From: Candidatus Tariuqbacter arcticus
GTDB lineage: Bacteria > Electryoneota > Tariuqbacteria > Tariuqbacterales > Tariuqbacteraceae
DNA length: 25,582 nucleotides
Assembly (NCBI GenBank): GCA_013202315.1
Contig: JABMRZ010000458.1
Span: 1-25,582, forward strand
Direction of reading: 5' to 3'
In this document: piece after piece, positions 1-9,175 of the stretch
Numbering within the stretch: position 1 is the first letter of the stretch
How the letters are laid out: each line of letters starts with the position of its first letter
Notes under the pieces: generated by a model
Told to the model about the DNA's origin: nothing
Database searches by the model: none
Seen by the model: only the letters and a program-made list of their open reading frames with translations
Made by a program: the position numbers and the translations under genes

Positions 1-4
1 ATTC

Positions 5-49
5 GAACCGCCGGATTATCCGCTGTACAGCGGACTTGACACCCGGCGG
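5..49. repeat. Nested palindrome (ccgccgg...tccgctgtacagcgga...ccggcgg)
   Basis: Perfect 16-bp palindrome tccgctgtacagcgga at 19-34 inside an outer ccgccgg/ccggcgg stem. A one-mismatch copy, tccgctgtaaagcgga, lies at 24445-24460. Confidence 0.6.
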
Positions 50-57
50 GAACGGAA

Positions 58-80
58 GGTGGGTTAAGACCCCACCCTAC
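58..80. repeat. GTAG-type REP-like palindrome
   Basis: ggtggg-ttaagac-cccacc followed by ctac (reverse complement of GTAG). Closely similar to 2591-2613. Confidence 0.6.
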
Positions 81-133
81 GACTCGTTTCCACACCCCCG
101 CGTGGGAATGCATAGGAAGATACCCACTGTGGA

Positions 134-156
134 GTCAGGGTTGTCTCAACCCTGAC
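134..156. repeat. 10-bp-stem hairpin downstream of the TPR gene (possible terminator or REP-like element)
   Basis: gtcagggttg-tct-caaccctgac. Confidence 0.5.
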
Positions 157-254
157 ATGTAAATAACAAAAATTAATGTCGTTCAGTATAAATACATAAC
201 CGATATAGTAATATCGATGGTGGATGCTGAGTCGGAACAGCTATTTATTCAGCG

Positions 255-2438
255 CTATGACAGCGATTGGAGGATTTCATCGAATATTCGCCGTTCTTGG
301 GGGAAGAGGCGTTGGACATCCCGTATTTTTTGGGGACTATCCCGAAGTTGAAGGGCGATTTCATGCAGTTTCAGAAGTCCTGATAAATCGCTTAATCCGG
401 TATCGCGGCAGAGACCGAGCGAGTTTTCCCATAGATTACTATCGCTGATTGAGGCTAAAGCGAAGAAATAGGGGGTGAGGATATCTACTTGGATATCCTT
501 TTTTAGTATGGACGTTTGGGAGAGCCCTTTCAAGAACGCTTTTTCCGCCAGTCCGTAGTTTTTATCTATTGTTCTGTTCAGTGTGCTGGCGGCGCAGGCG
601 GCGAGTGAAAGTTTCGCCGCTTCCGTTCGAGAAGATATATTCTCGCTGACGCGTAATACTTGAGAACAATATTCACCGCATTGGTCGAAGAGATCCAGTG
701 AAAAGGCGATATCAGCGGCGGCGGTCAGTGCGATGAGGTTATCCGGTTCGGATTGAACCGCTTGTTTGAAGTAGTCGAGGGCTTCAGGCAAATCATCCCG
801 CATCAGGTGAATATTCGCTGACCCAATCAACGCGGGGGGGAATTGAGGGTCGATTTCCAGGGCTTGCTTGAAATATCTCTCGGCTTTTTCCAGTATGTTC
901 AGACTACGGAAAACAGCTCCCAATCCGGAGAAGGGGTGCGGATACCTGGCGGTCGATTGGGCGCTTTGAGTGAAATATGCGCGCGCCTTTTCGATGTTGC
1001 CGTTTTGGAAATTGAGCGAGCCCAGATTAATCCAGAGGAGCGGTTCCTTTTCGCCATAATTTTCAGCGCTATTAAATGAGGTTAGGGCGGCTTTGAATTT
1101 TCCCAGTCGGAGTCTGAACATACCGGTGAATAACATCGCCCTTGCGGCGCGCCCTTTTTGTCCCAGATTCAGGCTTCTTTCCGTTTCGTTTTCCATAATA
1201 GTTTCACCGCGCTCACAGCTCTCGCCTCGGAGGTATCCGGCAACGACTTTGGCAAGGGGTTCATAACTCTGAGACGGGAGACATTCGGGGTCTGTTAGAA
1301 ATCGGACATTATCTACCGGTTTGGGGTGAATGCAGTGGGCTTTTCTGATATAAGCGGTGAACGCTTTTAAGGGGGGATAGTCGATAGTCTTCCATTCATT
1401 CCACCGCCTAATCAAGCTAAAGAGGGGAATTTCATAATGAGAGGTATTTTGTTTAATCCAATAGTGGAAGAGAGAATCGGGCAGACAGTGCAGCGTAATA
1501 TTTTTATCGCTGTAATCGAGGGTGTGCAGCCATCCCGAATCGCGCAGCCGCTTGAATTGGGCGTTAACGACCGGGACTTCAATGGAGGCGATTTCGGCGA
1601 TTTCACCGGGAGTGAGCATTTTATCGGCGCCGGCGATAGTTAATACCAGTTTTTTCTGCTGGGGGGAAAGAGAATCCAATTTGGCTGAAAAGCGCGGCGA
1701 CATTTCTTCGAGCAGGAGATGCAGGGCTCTTTCAGCGGTTAATTCCGGCGCCAGTAGAAATATTTTGGACAGTGAAAGCGCTATGAACGGGGTGCGCGGG
1801 ACGAAACCATATAATTGGAAGATGGATTGTGCTTTTTTGGATATTTTTTCGGGCGCCCCGCGTTTTTTCAGTATCTCACCGAGCTGCTGAATAGTGTATG
1901 CCGGGATTTCAACGAGTATTAATTTTTCACATTTATCGGGCGGTGGAGAATCGGAGAAGAAAATGAACATCAGACCAGCATCGATTCCTTGGGAGATAAT
2001 CTCCGCCAAATGTTTCCCAAGTATGCGGCGAGGTTTTTCGATTAGCACTATCGGACGAATATGTTTATGAGCGAGGAGGTTTTTCAGGTCCGTCCAGGTT
2101 TCGAGGGGGTGATGGCTACCGATTCTTTCGGCGAGTTGAGCGAGGAAATCCGCCGATGAGGAAATCACATTGAATTCATACTGGAAACTAATCCAGACGG
2201 CAGCTTTTCCATAAGAAGAACTGGCGATTTCCGTGTGGATGAATTGAAGGAAATGGGTTTTTCCCCCGCCTTCGACCATCTTGAACCAGTAATGTAATGG
2301 TTCAGCGCCGGAAAGGTATTTTCGTGCGGCTTGAACGGCGTTTTCCACCCGTTCCAAATCACCGACGGTCAATTCCCGGATGATATCCGGGGGAATGGCT
2401 GAGGGTGAACAGAGTAGTTTTTCAAGGTTATTTGTCAT
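255..2438 (-). CDS. STAND-like P-loop ATPase + winged-helix HTH + TPR repeat protein (727 aa)
   Basis: Degenerate Walker A (EGGGKT). MarR-like wHTH segment (LSPQQKKLV...TPGEIAE...VNAQFKRLRDSGWL). Several TPR-like repeats (WINLGSLNFQNGNIEKARAYF; AERYFKQALEIDPQF; ALDYFKQAVQSEPDN). Confidence 0.8.
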   Translation of the reverse strand: MTNNLEKLLCSPSAIPPDIIRELTVGDLERVENAVQAARKYLSGAEPLHYWFKMVEGGGKTHFLQFIHTEIASSSYGKAAVWISFQYEFNVISSSADFLAQLAERIGSHHPLETWTDLKNLLAHKHIRPIVLIEKPRRILGKHLAEIISQGIDAGLMFIFFSDSPPPDKCEKLILVEIPAYTIQQLGEILKKRGAPEKISKKAQSIFQLYGFVPRTPFIALSLSKIFLLAPELTAERALHLLLEEMSPRFSAKLDSLSPQQKKLVLTIAGADKMLTPGEIAEIASIEVPVVNAQFKRLRDSGWLHTLDYSDKNITLHCLPDSLFHYWIKQNTSHYEIPLFSLIRRWNEWKTIDYPPLKAFTAYIRKAHCIHPKPVDNVRFLTDPECLPSQSYEPLAKVVAGYLRGESCERGETIMENETERSLNLGQKGRAARAMLFTGMFRLRLGKFKAALTSFNSAENYGEKEPLLWINLGSLNFQNGNIEKARAYFTQSAQSTARYPHPFSGLGAVFRSLNILEKAERYFKQALEIDPQFPPALIGSANIHLMRDDLPEALDYFKQAVQSEPDNLIALTAAADIAFSLDLFDQCGEYCSQVLRVSENISSRTEAAKLSLAACAASTLNRTIDKNYGLAEKAFLKGLSQTSILKKDIQVDILTPYFFALASISDSNLWENSLGLCRDTGLSDLSGLLKLHEIALQLRDSPQKIRDVQRLFPQERRIFDEILQSLS

Positions 2439-2509
2439 TAGTAATATTCTTGGCGAACGATTTCGGATTAGGATTCTATCGTTTTTGGAATTGCTTCATT
2501 ATTAGCACC

Positions 2510-2538
2510 AATATATATCAAATTTGTTATTATGTCAA
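2510..2538 (-). promoter_or_regulatory. sigma70-type promoter for the ATPase-TPR gene
   Basis: Minus strand TTGACA-17 nt-TATATT, about 70 nt upstream of the start codon. Confidence 0.65.
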
Positions 2539-2590
2539 TTATTGTGATGAGAAAAGGAAGGATAAACCATTATGGATGGTTAGGATAAAT

Positions 2591-2613
2591 GGTGGGTTAA
2601 TAACCCACCCTAC
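2591..2613. repeat. GTAG-type REP-like palindrome
   Basis: ggtgggtt-aat-aacccacc-ctac, same orientation as the copy at 58-80. Confidence 0.6.
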
Positions 2614-3100
2614 CTATGAATAGTGAATATCGAATATTGAACAAGGAATGTTGAAGTTCCGGAAGGTTGAGAACCCGCGCCACAGCCTATTTACAGATTT
2701 AAGAAAGTGGGAGCGGAAATTAAAATATTTTGACAGTAACTTCTAAAGAAAAACTCAATCTTGACGATAATGATAATGAAAGCACAACTTAAAAGTATAG
2801 GGAGGCGTTCGCTTGAATACAACACCAGAAAACAGCGCAATTCATTCACCCAGAATGAATCCCAATATTGGACATTCGAAATGAATATTTTCCGAATTCT
2901 ATTCACCGCTTTTAAAAGCTGTATATATGAAACAGCTTTAAAAATTCTCCATCGCAGTCAAGCGAAAAGAACTCCTCCAACCTCCGCCAGTGACACATCA
3001 GTAGTTTGCCCGCGTTATCTTAACGCCAAAAGGGGCCCGCTGCGGATTTCGGAACCGGTGATGAATTGATTTGATTAATTAGACGAAGTTAACCGCAGAG

Positions 3101-3145
3101 AACCGGGGACTGATCTTACCTCCTTAAACATTTCAGTCCCCGGTT
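3101..3145. terminator. 13-bp perfect inverted repeat downstream of selA (possible terminator)
   Basis: aaccggggactga-19 nt-tcagtccccggtt, about 60 nt after the selA stop. No clear U-tract. Confidence 0.45.
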
Positions 3146-3204
3146 AAACCTCTAAATGCGGGCTGCGCCGCCCTTATAATGTCCCGCCTTTTCAGCCGCC
3201 AATA

Positions 3205-4638
3205 CTATCCGAAAATCCTCTCAAAGGCTTCCAGCAAGAATGGCACATCATCCGGGAATACGGTTCTGAAATCCATCACCACCGCTTCGCTTTCGATGCG
3301 GGTGAAAATGGGCGGATTATTCCTGCGCAATTTGTAGGCGAGTTCGTCCACGGTCATAACTGTGGGGCAGAAGGTGATAATTTTGGAAGGGATATCCCTG
3401 CCGGGTAGGGAACCGGAGCCCATTTGGGAAAAACCATTGACCACATTAGCGATGCATTGCCCTTGGATAAACGGTTTGATTTTGCGGAGGAAGCTCCGTT
3501 CTTTGCGGGCGATTTCGTCCTGTTTTCGAGTGAGAAGCCTTAAGACAGGCAGCCTTTGCGGCAGGGTTTCGGGTTCAAGATAGAGTTTCAAGGTAGCTTC
3601 AAGGGCGCTGTAGGTCAATTTGCCGCAGCGGAAGGAGCGAACTAAGGGGTTATTTTTAATGCGTTTGATGAATTCATTTTTGCCGACGATGACGCCGCAT
3701 TGAGGACCTCCCAGCATTTTATCGCCGGAGAAGCAGACCAGGTCGGCGCCGCCGCGGATGGAATCCTGCACCAGTGGTTCCGGGGGCAATCCATATTGAG
3801 TGATGTCCACCAGGCATCCTGAACCGATGTCGTCCGCCATCGGCAGACCGCGCTGATGGGCGATTTCCGCCATTTCCTTGACGGGGACATCGGAAGTGAA
3901 GCCGGTCATCCGGTAGTTTGAAGCGTGGACGCGGAGGATGAGCCCGGTGTTTTCGGTAACCGCTTCAATATAGTCGTGAGGATGGGTTTTGTTGGTGGTG
4001 CCGACTTCGACCATCATTGCGCGGGAGCGCTTCATCACATCGGGAATGCGGAAGGAGCCGCCGATTTCCACCAGCTGTCCGCGGGAGACGATGACTTCTT
4101 TGCCTTCCGCCATGGTATTCAGCAGGACGATGGTGGCGGCGGAATTGTTATTGACCACGCAGGCGGCTTCGGCGCCGGTGAGGAAGCATAACAGGTCTTC
4201 CACATGTTTATAGCGGTCGCCGCGCCTGCCGGTTTCGCGGTCGACGGCGATGGTGGAATATTGGGCGGCGGCGTGACAGACCGCTTCCCGGGCTTCATCC
4301 GCAAGGGGGGCTCGACCGAGGGCGGTATGCAGGATGATGCCGGCGGCGTTGACTGCATCGTGAACCGAAGGGCGGGCTTTTTCATAGAGAAGCGCGGCGA
4401 TTTTTTCAGCCAGGCGGTCGGGGTCGATGTCGATTTTATCCAGTTCGGATTCATCGGCTTCGAGGATTCTCTGTCTGAGTTTGTCCAGCTCTTTGCGGAC
4501 GATTTCGTTGCCGTATAATTGCGGCAGTTCCTCCAGTGCTTTTCGGACGCCGGGCTTATTTAAAAGATTGGGCATGCCGATGAGGGAGTTGAGGAGGGGG
4601 TGGGGGGATTGTTCAGGATTTTTCTCATTATTTACCAA
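3205..4638 (-). CDS. selA: L-seryl-tRNA(Sec) selenium transferase (selenocysteine synthase)
   Basis: INAAG-like VNAAGIILHTALGRAPL, VVNNNSAA, SRGQLVEIGGSFRIPDVM, EVGTTNKTH, and the PLP-lysine motif FSGDKMLGGPQCG. Confidence 0.96.
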   Translation of the reverse strand: MVNNEKNPEQSPHPLLNSLIGMPNLLNKPGVRKALEELPQLYGNEIVRKELDKLRQRILEADESELDKIDIDPDRLAEKIAALLYEKARPSVHDAVNAAGIILHTALGRAPLADEAREAVCHAAAQYSTIAVDRETGRRGDRYKHVEDLLCFLTGAEAACVVNNNSAATIVLLNTMAEGKEVIVSRGQLVEIGGSFRIPDVMKRSRAMMVEVGTTNKTHPHDYIEAVTENTGLILRVHASNYRMTGFTSDVPVKEMAEIAHQRGLPMADDIGSGCLVDITQYGLPPEPLVQDSIRGGADLVCFSGDKMLGGPQCGVIVGKNEFIKRIKNNPLVRSFRCGKLTYSALEATLKLYLEPETLPQRLPVLRLLTRKQDEIARKERSFLRKIKPFIQGQCIANVVNGFSQMGSGSLPGRDIPSKIITFCPTVMTVDELAYKLRRNNPPIFTRIESEAVVMDFRTVFPDDVPFLLEAFERIFG

Positions 4639-4672
4639 TTTCTGTATCTCCTGATTGTTTATAATATTCGAA

Positions 4673-6223
4673 TTAATATATTCTTACAACAATTACATAT
4701 ACTTTACCATTTTCTAGCTCGTAAACATCTTCAAGTTTTTCACCACGATCGGTTTTACGTCCGTCAAAAACTACTAAATAAGACTTATCTATATTACAAG
4801 TATTCATATATCTATCTAACTGTTCAAATCCACTTTTTGCCCAACCGATATAGTAATTTACTCCCAGCATTTTTAGCTCAACAATATGTTTAAAACTCAT
4901 AAAACTAACTAACAAATCAACATATCCATTTCCTGAAGCTATTTCTTTTCCGACAAACGCAACCCCACTAAATTTACCTTTTAAATAAATTCCCAAATGA
5001 CTTTGTGCAAGTTTTTCAGGATTTTTCACCCATTTATTCCCGCGATCAATCAAAAATACACCTTGACAATTTTTTGTAATTTCTACTGCAAATTCTTGAA
5101 GCACTTCAATAAATTTGGGAGTTTTTGATAGAATTTCTGCTCTATCAAGAAAAGGTTTATATGGTTGTAATTCTTCCTTTAGTCTTAAAGATAGACCATT
5201 TACTATTCTGTTTACAATTTCGTCGGTAAAATGATTTGTTGTGGCTACATTTATGCCAGCCTCTTGAAATAAAAGGAATTCAGAATCGTCATTTAATACT
5301 AAAATGTCTTTTTTACTCTTTCTTAATTCTCCAGGGAGCTGAGAAGGGAATCTCTGGATTTCCCTTCTTGAAAAAAAATCGTTAACGGATTCTATCTTTA
5401 AATTAGATTCTGCTAATAGATTATTAAAGTTTTCAACAACTTCTACTGAATGTGCAACAGAATCGCCTATCGATTGTATAGCTTGACTTTCCACATAAAT
5501 TTGCTTATGAATTTTCTCAAATGACTCAGTTAAAAGAATACTTTCATATATCCTTTCTGAAATGCTGTTAGTGATTCCTATATATTCTAATAAATTTCTA
5601 TTTGAAAAATCAAAAGCCTTTACCAATTCTTGATAGTCCTCAGAAAAAGAGCGAAAATGAGCAGAAACTGATCTTAAAGACGATCCCAATTCTCTCGCTC
5701 TATTTACTAATTCAATGCCAATATCGGGACTACTAATTTGAATTTGTTTCACAAGGTCATTTGTAAAGGAGATACTGAGAATTTGGATTTGACTATAAGG
5801 AAAAATATTTTGGAGGGTATTTGTGTAATGATACAATGGTCTTTGATATAATGAAATAATACGGCTCAATCTCTTTTCTGTTGCCTTTTTGCTTGTCGTC
5901 CAATTATTGTATGTCTGACTTTCAATAAAGGTTTCATAGAAAGCATCGAATAGATTTGAAGATTTTAATTTCTCATTAAAAATTTCTTCCATATTGAGAT
6001 ATTTAAAATAAAATTCCGCCAAACTTACTAGGTCTGAGTAGCTAAGTTCTTTCCTTATCGAGATTTCAGTTCTAACTAATTTTTCCAATACAGAAAAAAA
6101 GGCTTTTTCTTTGTCTTCTCCCGCATCCAAAAATGCCGCAATTGCACCTCCAGTAATATGAGGTACAAGTTCGATTATACCAAAATCAGGACAATTAAAC
6201 CTTGTTATTAGAACTAAAGCCAT
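4673..6223 (-). CDS. AT-rich hypothetical protein with C-terminal PD-(D/E)XK nuclease-like domain (516 aa)
   Basis: C-terminal motif string KEIASGNGYVDLLV...IVELK...GFEQLDRYM...YLVVFDGR. The N-terminal ~370 aa are unrecognised and largely helical-looking. Confidence 0.7.
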   Translation of the reverse strand: MALVLITRFNCPDFGIIELVPHITGGAIAAFLDAGEDKEKAFFSVLEKLVRTEISIRKELSYSDLVSLAEFYFKYLNMEEIFNEKLKSSNLFDAFYETFIESQTYNNWTTSKKATEKRLSRIISLYQRPLYHYTNTLQNIFPYSQIQILSISFTNDLVKQIQISSPDIGIELVNRARELGSSLRSVSAHFRSFSEDYQELVKAFDFSNRNLLEYIGITNSISERIYESILLTESFEKIHKQIYVESQAIQSIGDSVAHSVEVVENFNNLLAESNLKIESVNDFFSRREIQRFPSQLPGELRKSKKDILVLNDDSEFLLFQEAGINVATTNHFTDEIVNRIVNGLSLRLKEELQPYKPFLDRAEILSKTPKFIEVLQEFAVEITKNCQGVFLIDRGNKWVKNPEKLAQSHLGIYLKGKFSGVAFVGKEIASGNGYVDLLVSFMSFKHIVELKMLGVNYYIGWAKSGFEQLDRYMNTCNIDKSYLVVFDGRKTDRGEKLEDVYELENGKVYVIVVRIY

Positions 6224-6501
6224 AATGTTTTACCTCCAATTATTTCTATTATTGTAACACTTTAGTGTTTTGAAGTACAAAGGTCGAATATTCACTGGAA
6301 ATAATTGGAAATTATGGATATAGTATCCAAGAGTATTTCCATCATTTCCATAATATCCAGTGAATTTAACTCTTTACAAATCAAACAAATATGAACAAAT
6401 CACTTCAAAGACCTAAAATGATATCTACTATCTGCTCTAATTGTTCAATTATGTCCAAAAATTTTATAACTTTTAATCTTGCATTCTTAATTTTAAATTA
6501 T

Positions 6502-9114
6502 TCACTCCCATCGTCTTTCCCACCCTTCCCCTTGCCCTTTCAGGTATTTATCGAACCATTCCAGCATCATTTCGCGGTGGGCGGCGTAGTTCTTGAAATT
6601 GCCGGCGATGCCGTGCCCTTCTGAGGGGAATTTGACATAAGCGACATCGCGGTTCAAGACCTTCAAGGCGGTGAACATCTGCTCCGATTCCAGCGAAGGG
6701 ACATTCATATCCGCTTCGCCGTGCAGGAGGAGTAGGGGAGTGGTTATCTTGTCGGCGTGGAACAGGGGCGATTTATCGGCGAAGATGTCGGGGCGGTTCC
6801 AGGGGTAGCTCTTGGCTAACGCGATGTCGCCGTATGTATATCCCCAGATTCCGCCGCCCCAATAGCTGGCGATATTGCTGATGCCGTACATCGACACGGC
6901 GCAGGCGAACATATCGGTCTTGGTTACCAGGTCCATAGTGGTGAAGCCGCCGTAGCTTCCGCCGTAACAGCCCATTCGGTCTGAATTGATGAAATCCTTC
7001 TCAGAAATCAGCTTATTCACCCCTTCGATAATATCCCGCGTAGCGAATTCACCCCAGTCGTTGACATGGTAGTCTGAGAATTCATCGCCGTGCGCCATCG
7101 CACCCACCGGGGTTAATGCGTAGACTACATAACCATTCGCTGCCCAGAAATGATAGGTGAAGTAGAAGGATTCGTCCAAATGCCAGACGCCGGCGTAGTA
7201 ATACACAATCAAGGGATATTTTTTACTTTCATCAAAATCGGGGGGATAGAAAATCCATCCGTCTATCAGGTGTCCCAAAGAATCGGTGAAATCCCAGCGT
7301 TCATATTCGCCGAGGGTGAAATCCGACATCAAATCGGCGTTGGGGTCGAGGAGCGATCGCTGCTTACCGCGCTTGATGTCGAAGGCGAAAGCTCTTTCGG
7401 ATTTATCCAATTCCTGGGAGGTGAAGACCAGCTTTTTGCCATCGGCGGAAAGGTGAAGGTGTTTGATGTATAGATGGGGGATGGGGACTTCCCGGATGTC
7501 GGCGGGATGGTGGATGTCGATGGAATATACTTTGTTGAAACCGCGTATCATCACCGAAAAATAAAGCCGTTTATCCCAGGGGTTCCAATGGAGGGAATTG
7601 TAGGTTCCGCCGTGTTCGTCCACGGTGAAAGGGGTGTCGCCGGTGAGGTTTTTCAATTCCATAGTATTCAGGTTCAACAGCCAGATATCGGTTTCACTGA
7701 GGTTGTGGACGCTGTCCTCTTCGCTTTCGCCGGTGAAATGGCTGGCGCAGGTGAAGGCTAAATGTTCGCCATCGGGGAGGAAAGTTAAATTCAGCGGACG
7801 GGTTTCAAAGGGGATTTTACGGTTTTGGAGTAATCGATTCTCGCCGGTTTCGAGGTCGATCAACCAGAATTCGGTGTTGAAATAGGGGCTGCCGGCAATG
7901 GGGATTCGGCGGGTGAAGACGAGCTTGGTTCCATCGGGTGAAAGGGCGATTTCATCCAGGGCGAAGTCTCCGGTATTGGAAAGCTGATGGGTCGTTCCGT
8001 CTTCTAAAGAGGCGATGAATATACGGCGTTTGTCCTTCCAGTCGGTCAGGCGCTGTTCCAAGTTAGTCAGCAGTGTGTAGTCGTCTGTGCCTGGGGATTT
8101 TCGTTCGCCATCGGTGGTGTAGACGGCGAATTTTTCGTCAGGGGAAATCAACAGCTTCACCAATTGTTTTATAGGACCGAGGATTTGTTCGGAAGCGCCG
8201 GTCTTCAGGTCGCATAACCAGAGGATACTACCATCGGAAGTCGAAGAGCGGAAGAAGAGCGATTGGCTGTTGCGGGTGAATAGGGGGTGGCTTATGCTCT
8301 TACCGAATTCGATTTGTTTCAGCAGTCTGGCATCTGAAGTTGAAAATATTTCAATCCATTTATGGCTTTTGAAAGTCTCAGGTTCGCGGCGTGAGCGCAG
8401 GACTGCGCTTTTCTTGCCATCGGGGGAAATGACTAAACCGGAGATTCGTTCCAGCTTGGCGTAATCGTGATAATTAGTGAAAGCCCTTTTTGGGGTGAGG
8501 GAAAGCGATATTGTTTTTATAGAAAAGCCTTCCTGGGGAGCGATGGAGGCGTTGATTGTCCAAGGGGGGTCGGGCGAATCGTTCGGTTTGACCGTTTTTA
8601 TCATCAATAGGTGTTTGCCGTTGTGGAGGTCGCAGTCTGCGGAGAGCAGGTTGGGGGCGTCTTCGGCGGCTATTTCGGTAATCTGCGCTTCATTTGCACC
8701 GTCGACGAAGAGGGCGGAGGGGTAGGGGGTTTCAATTTTTATGGAAACGGTTTGGCGGCGGCCGGTGGTGATGTAGGCGGCGATGTAGGCGATCGCAGGG
8801 TATTTGACGGTTTCGGGAACAGTGATTTCCTCACCTTCCAACTTCCGCCATTCGGATTTCACGCCAGGGGACCAGTGGATTTCATCTTTTTCGCTGGGGG
8901 TGATTTCATCGAGGTGGAGGAATGCTTGGTTCAGCCAGGATTCAATTTCATCCCCTTCGGCAAAGATGGTGGGCGATATGGGGAGGGGGCCGAGGAGCAG
9001 CCATTGGTCAATGAGAAGTTCCCCATTATCTTGGGCAATCGTTACATTTGATAAACAAAATGAACAGGATAAGGTGATAATTAGCGCTGGCAACAGTTTC
9101 TTCATTTGATTCAT
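6502..9114 (-). CDS. Secreted S9-family (prolyl oligopeptidase / acylaminoacyl) serine peptidase
   Basis: Signal-peptide-like N-terminus, PD40/WD40-like propeller repeats (ISPDG, LSPDG), nucleophile GGSYGG, HGEAD (Asp) and EGHG (His). Confidence 0.92.
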   Translation of the reverse strand: MNQMKKLLPALIITLSCSFCLSNVTIAQDNGELLIDQWLLLGPLPISPTIFAEGDEIESWLNQAFLHLDEITPSEKDEIHWSPGVKSEWRKLEGEEITVPETVKYPAIAYIAAYITTGRRQTVSIKIETPYPSALFVDGANEAQITEIAAEDAPNLLSADCDLHNGKHLLMIKTVKPNDSPDPPWTINASIAPQEGFSIKTISLSLTPKRAFTNYHDYAKLERISGLVISPDGKKSAVLRSRREPETFKSHKWIEIFSTSDARLLKQIEFGKSISHPLFTRNSQSLFFRSSTSDGSILWLCDLKTGASEQILGPIKQLVKLLISPDEKFAVYTTDGERKSPGTDDYTLLTNLEQRLTDWKDKRRIFIASLEDGTTHQLSNTGDFALDEIALSPDGTKLVFTRRIPIAGSPYFNTEFWLIDLETGENRLLQNRKIPFETRPLNLTFLPDGEHLAFTCASHFTGESEEDSVHNLSETDIWLLNLNTMELKNLTGDTPFTVDEHGGTYNSLHWNPWDKRLYFSVMIRGFNKVYSIDIHHPADIREVPIPHLYIKHLHLSADGKKLVFTSQELDKSERAFAFDIKRGKQRSLLDPNADLMSDFTLGEYERWDFTDSLGHLIDGWIFYPPDFDESKKYPLIVYYYAGVWHLDESFYFTYHFWAANGYVVYALTPVGAMAHGDEFSDYHVNDWGEFATRDIIEGVNKLISEKDFINSDRMGCYGGSYGGFTTMDLVTKTDMFACAVSMYGISNIASYWGGGIWGYTYGDIALAKSYPWNRPDIFADKSPLFHADKITTPLLLLHGEADMNVPSLESEQMFTALKVLNRDVAYVKFPSEGHGIAGNFKNYAAHREMMLEWFDKYLKGQGEGWERRWE

Positions 9115-9175
9115 AGTGAATCCTTTCTTGTTTGGCTATGGGTGATGGGCTGTGGGGTGTAGAAAATGAAAGATA

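Noticed and set aside
2691-3069. Overlapping ORFs 2761-3069 (+) and 2691-2906 (-)
   Set aside because: No RBS, no recognisable motif and mutually overlapping, so probably non-coding. A gggcaaac motif on the minus strand lacks the rest of the c-di-GMP-I riboswitch consensus.
6290-6362. Inverted tggaaat-type repeats upstream of the nuclease gene as transposon ends
   Set aside because: Both arms lie within 70 nt of each other rather than flanking the gene. They look like another local low-complexity array with a small palindrome.
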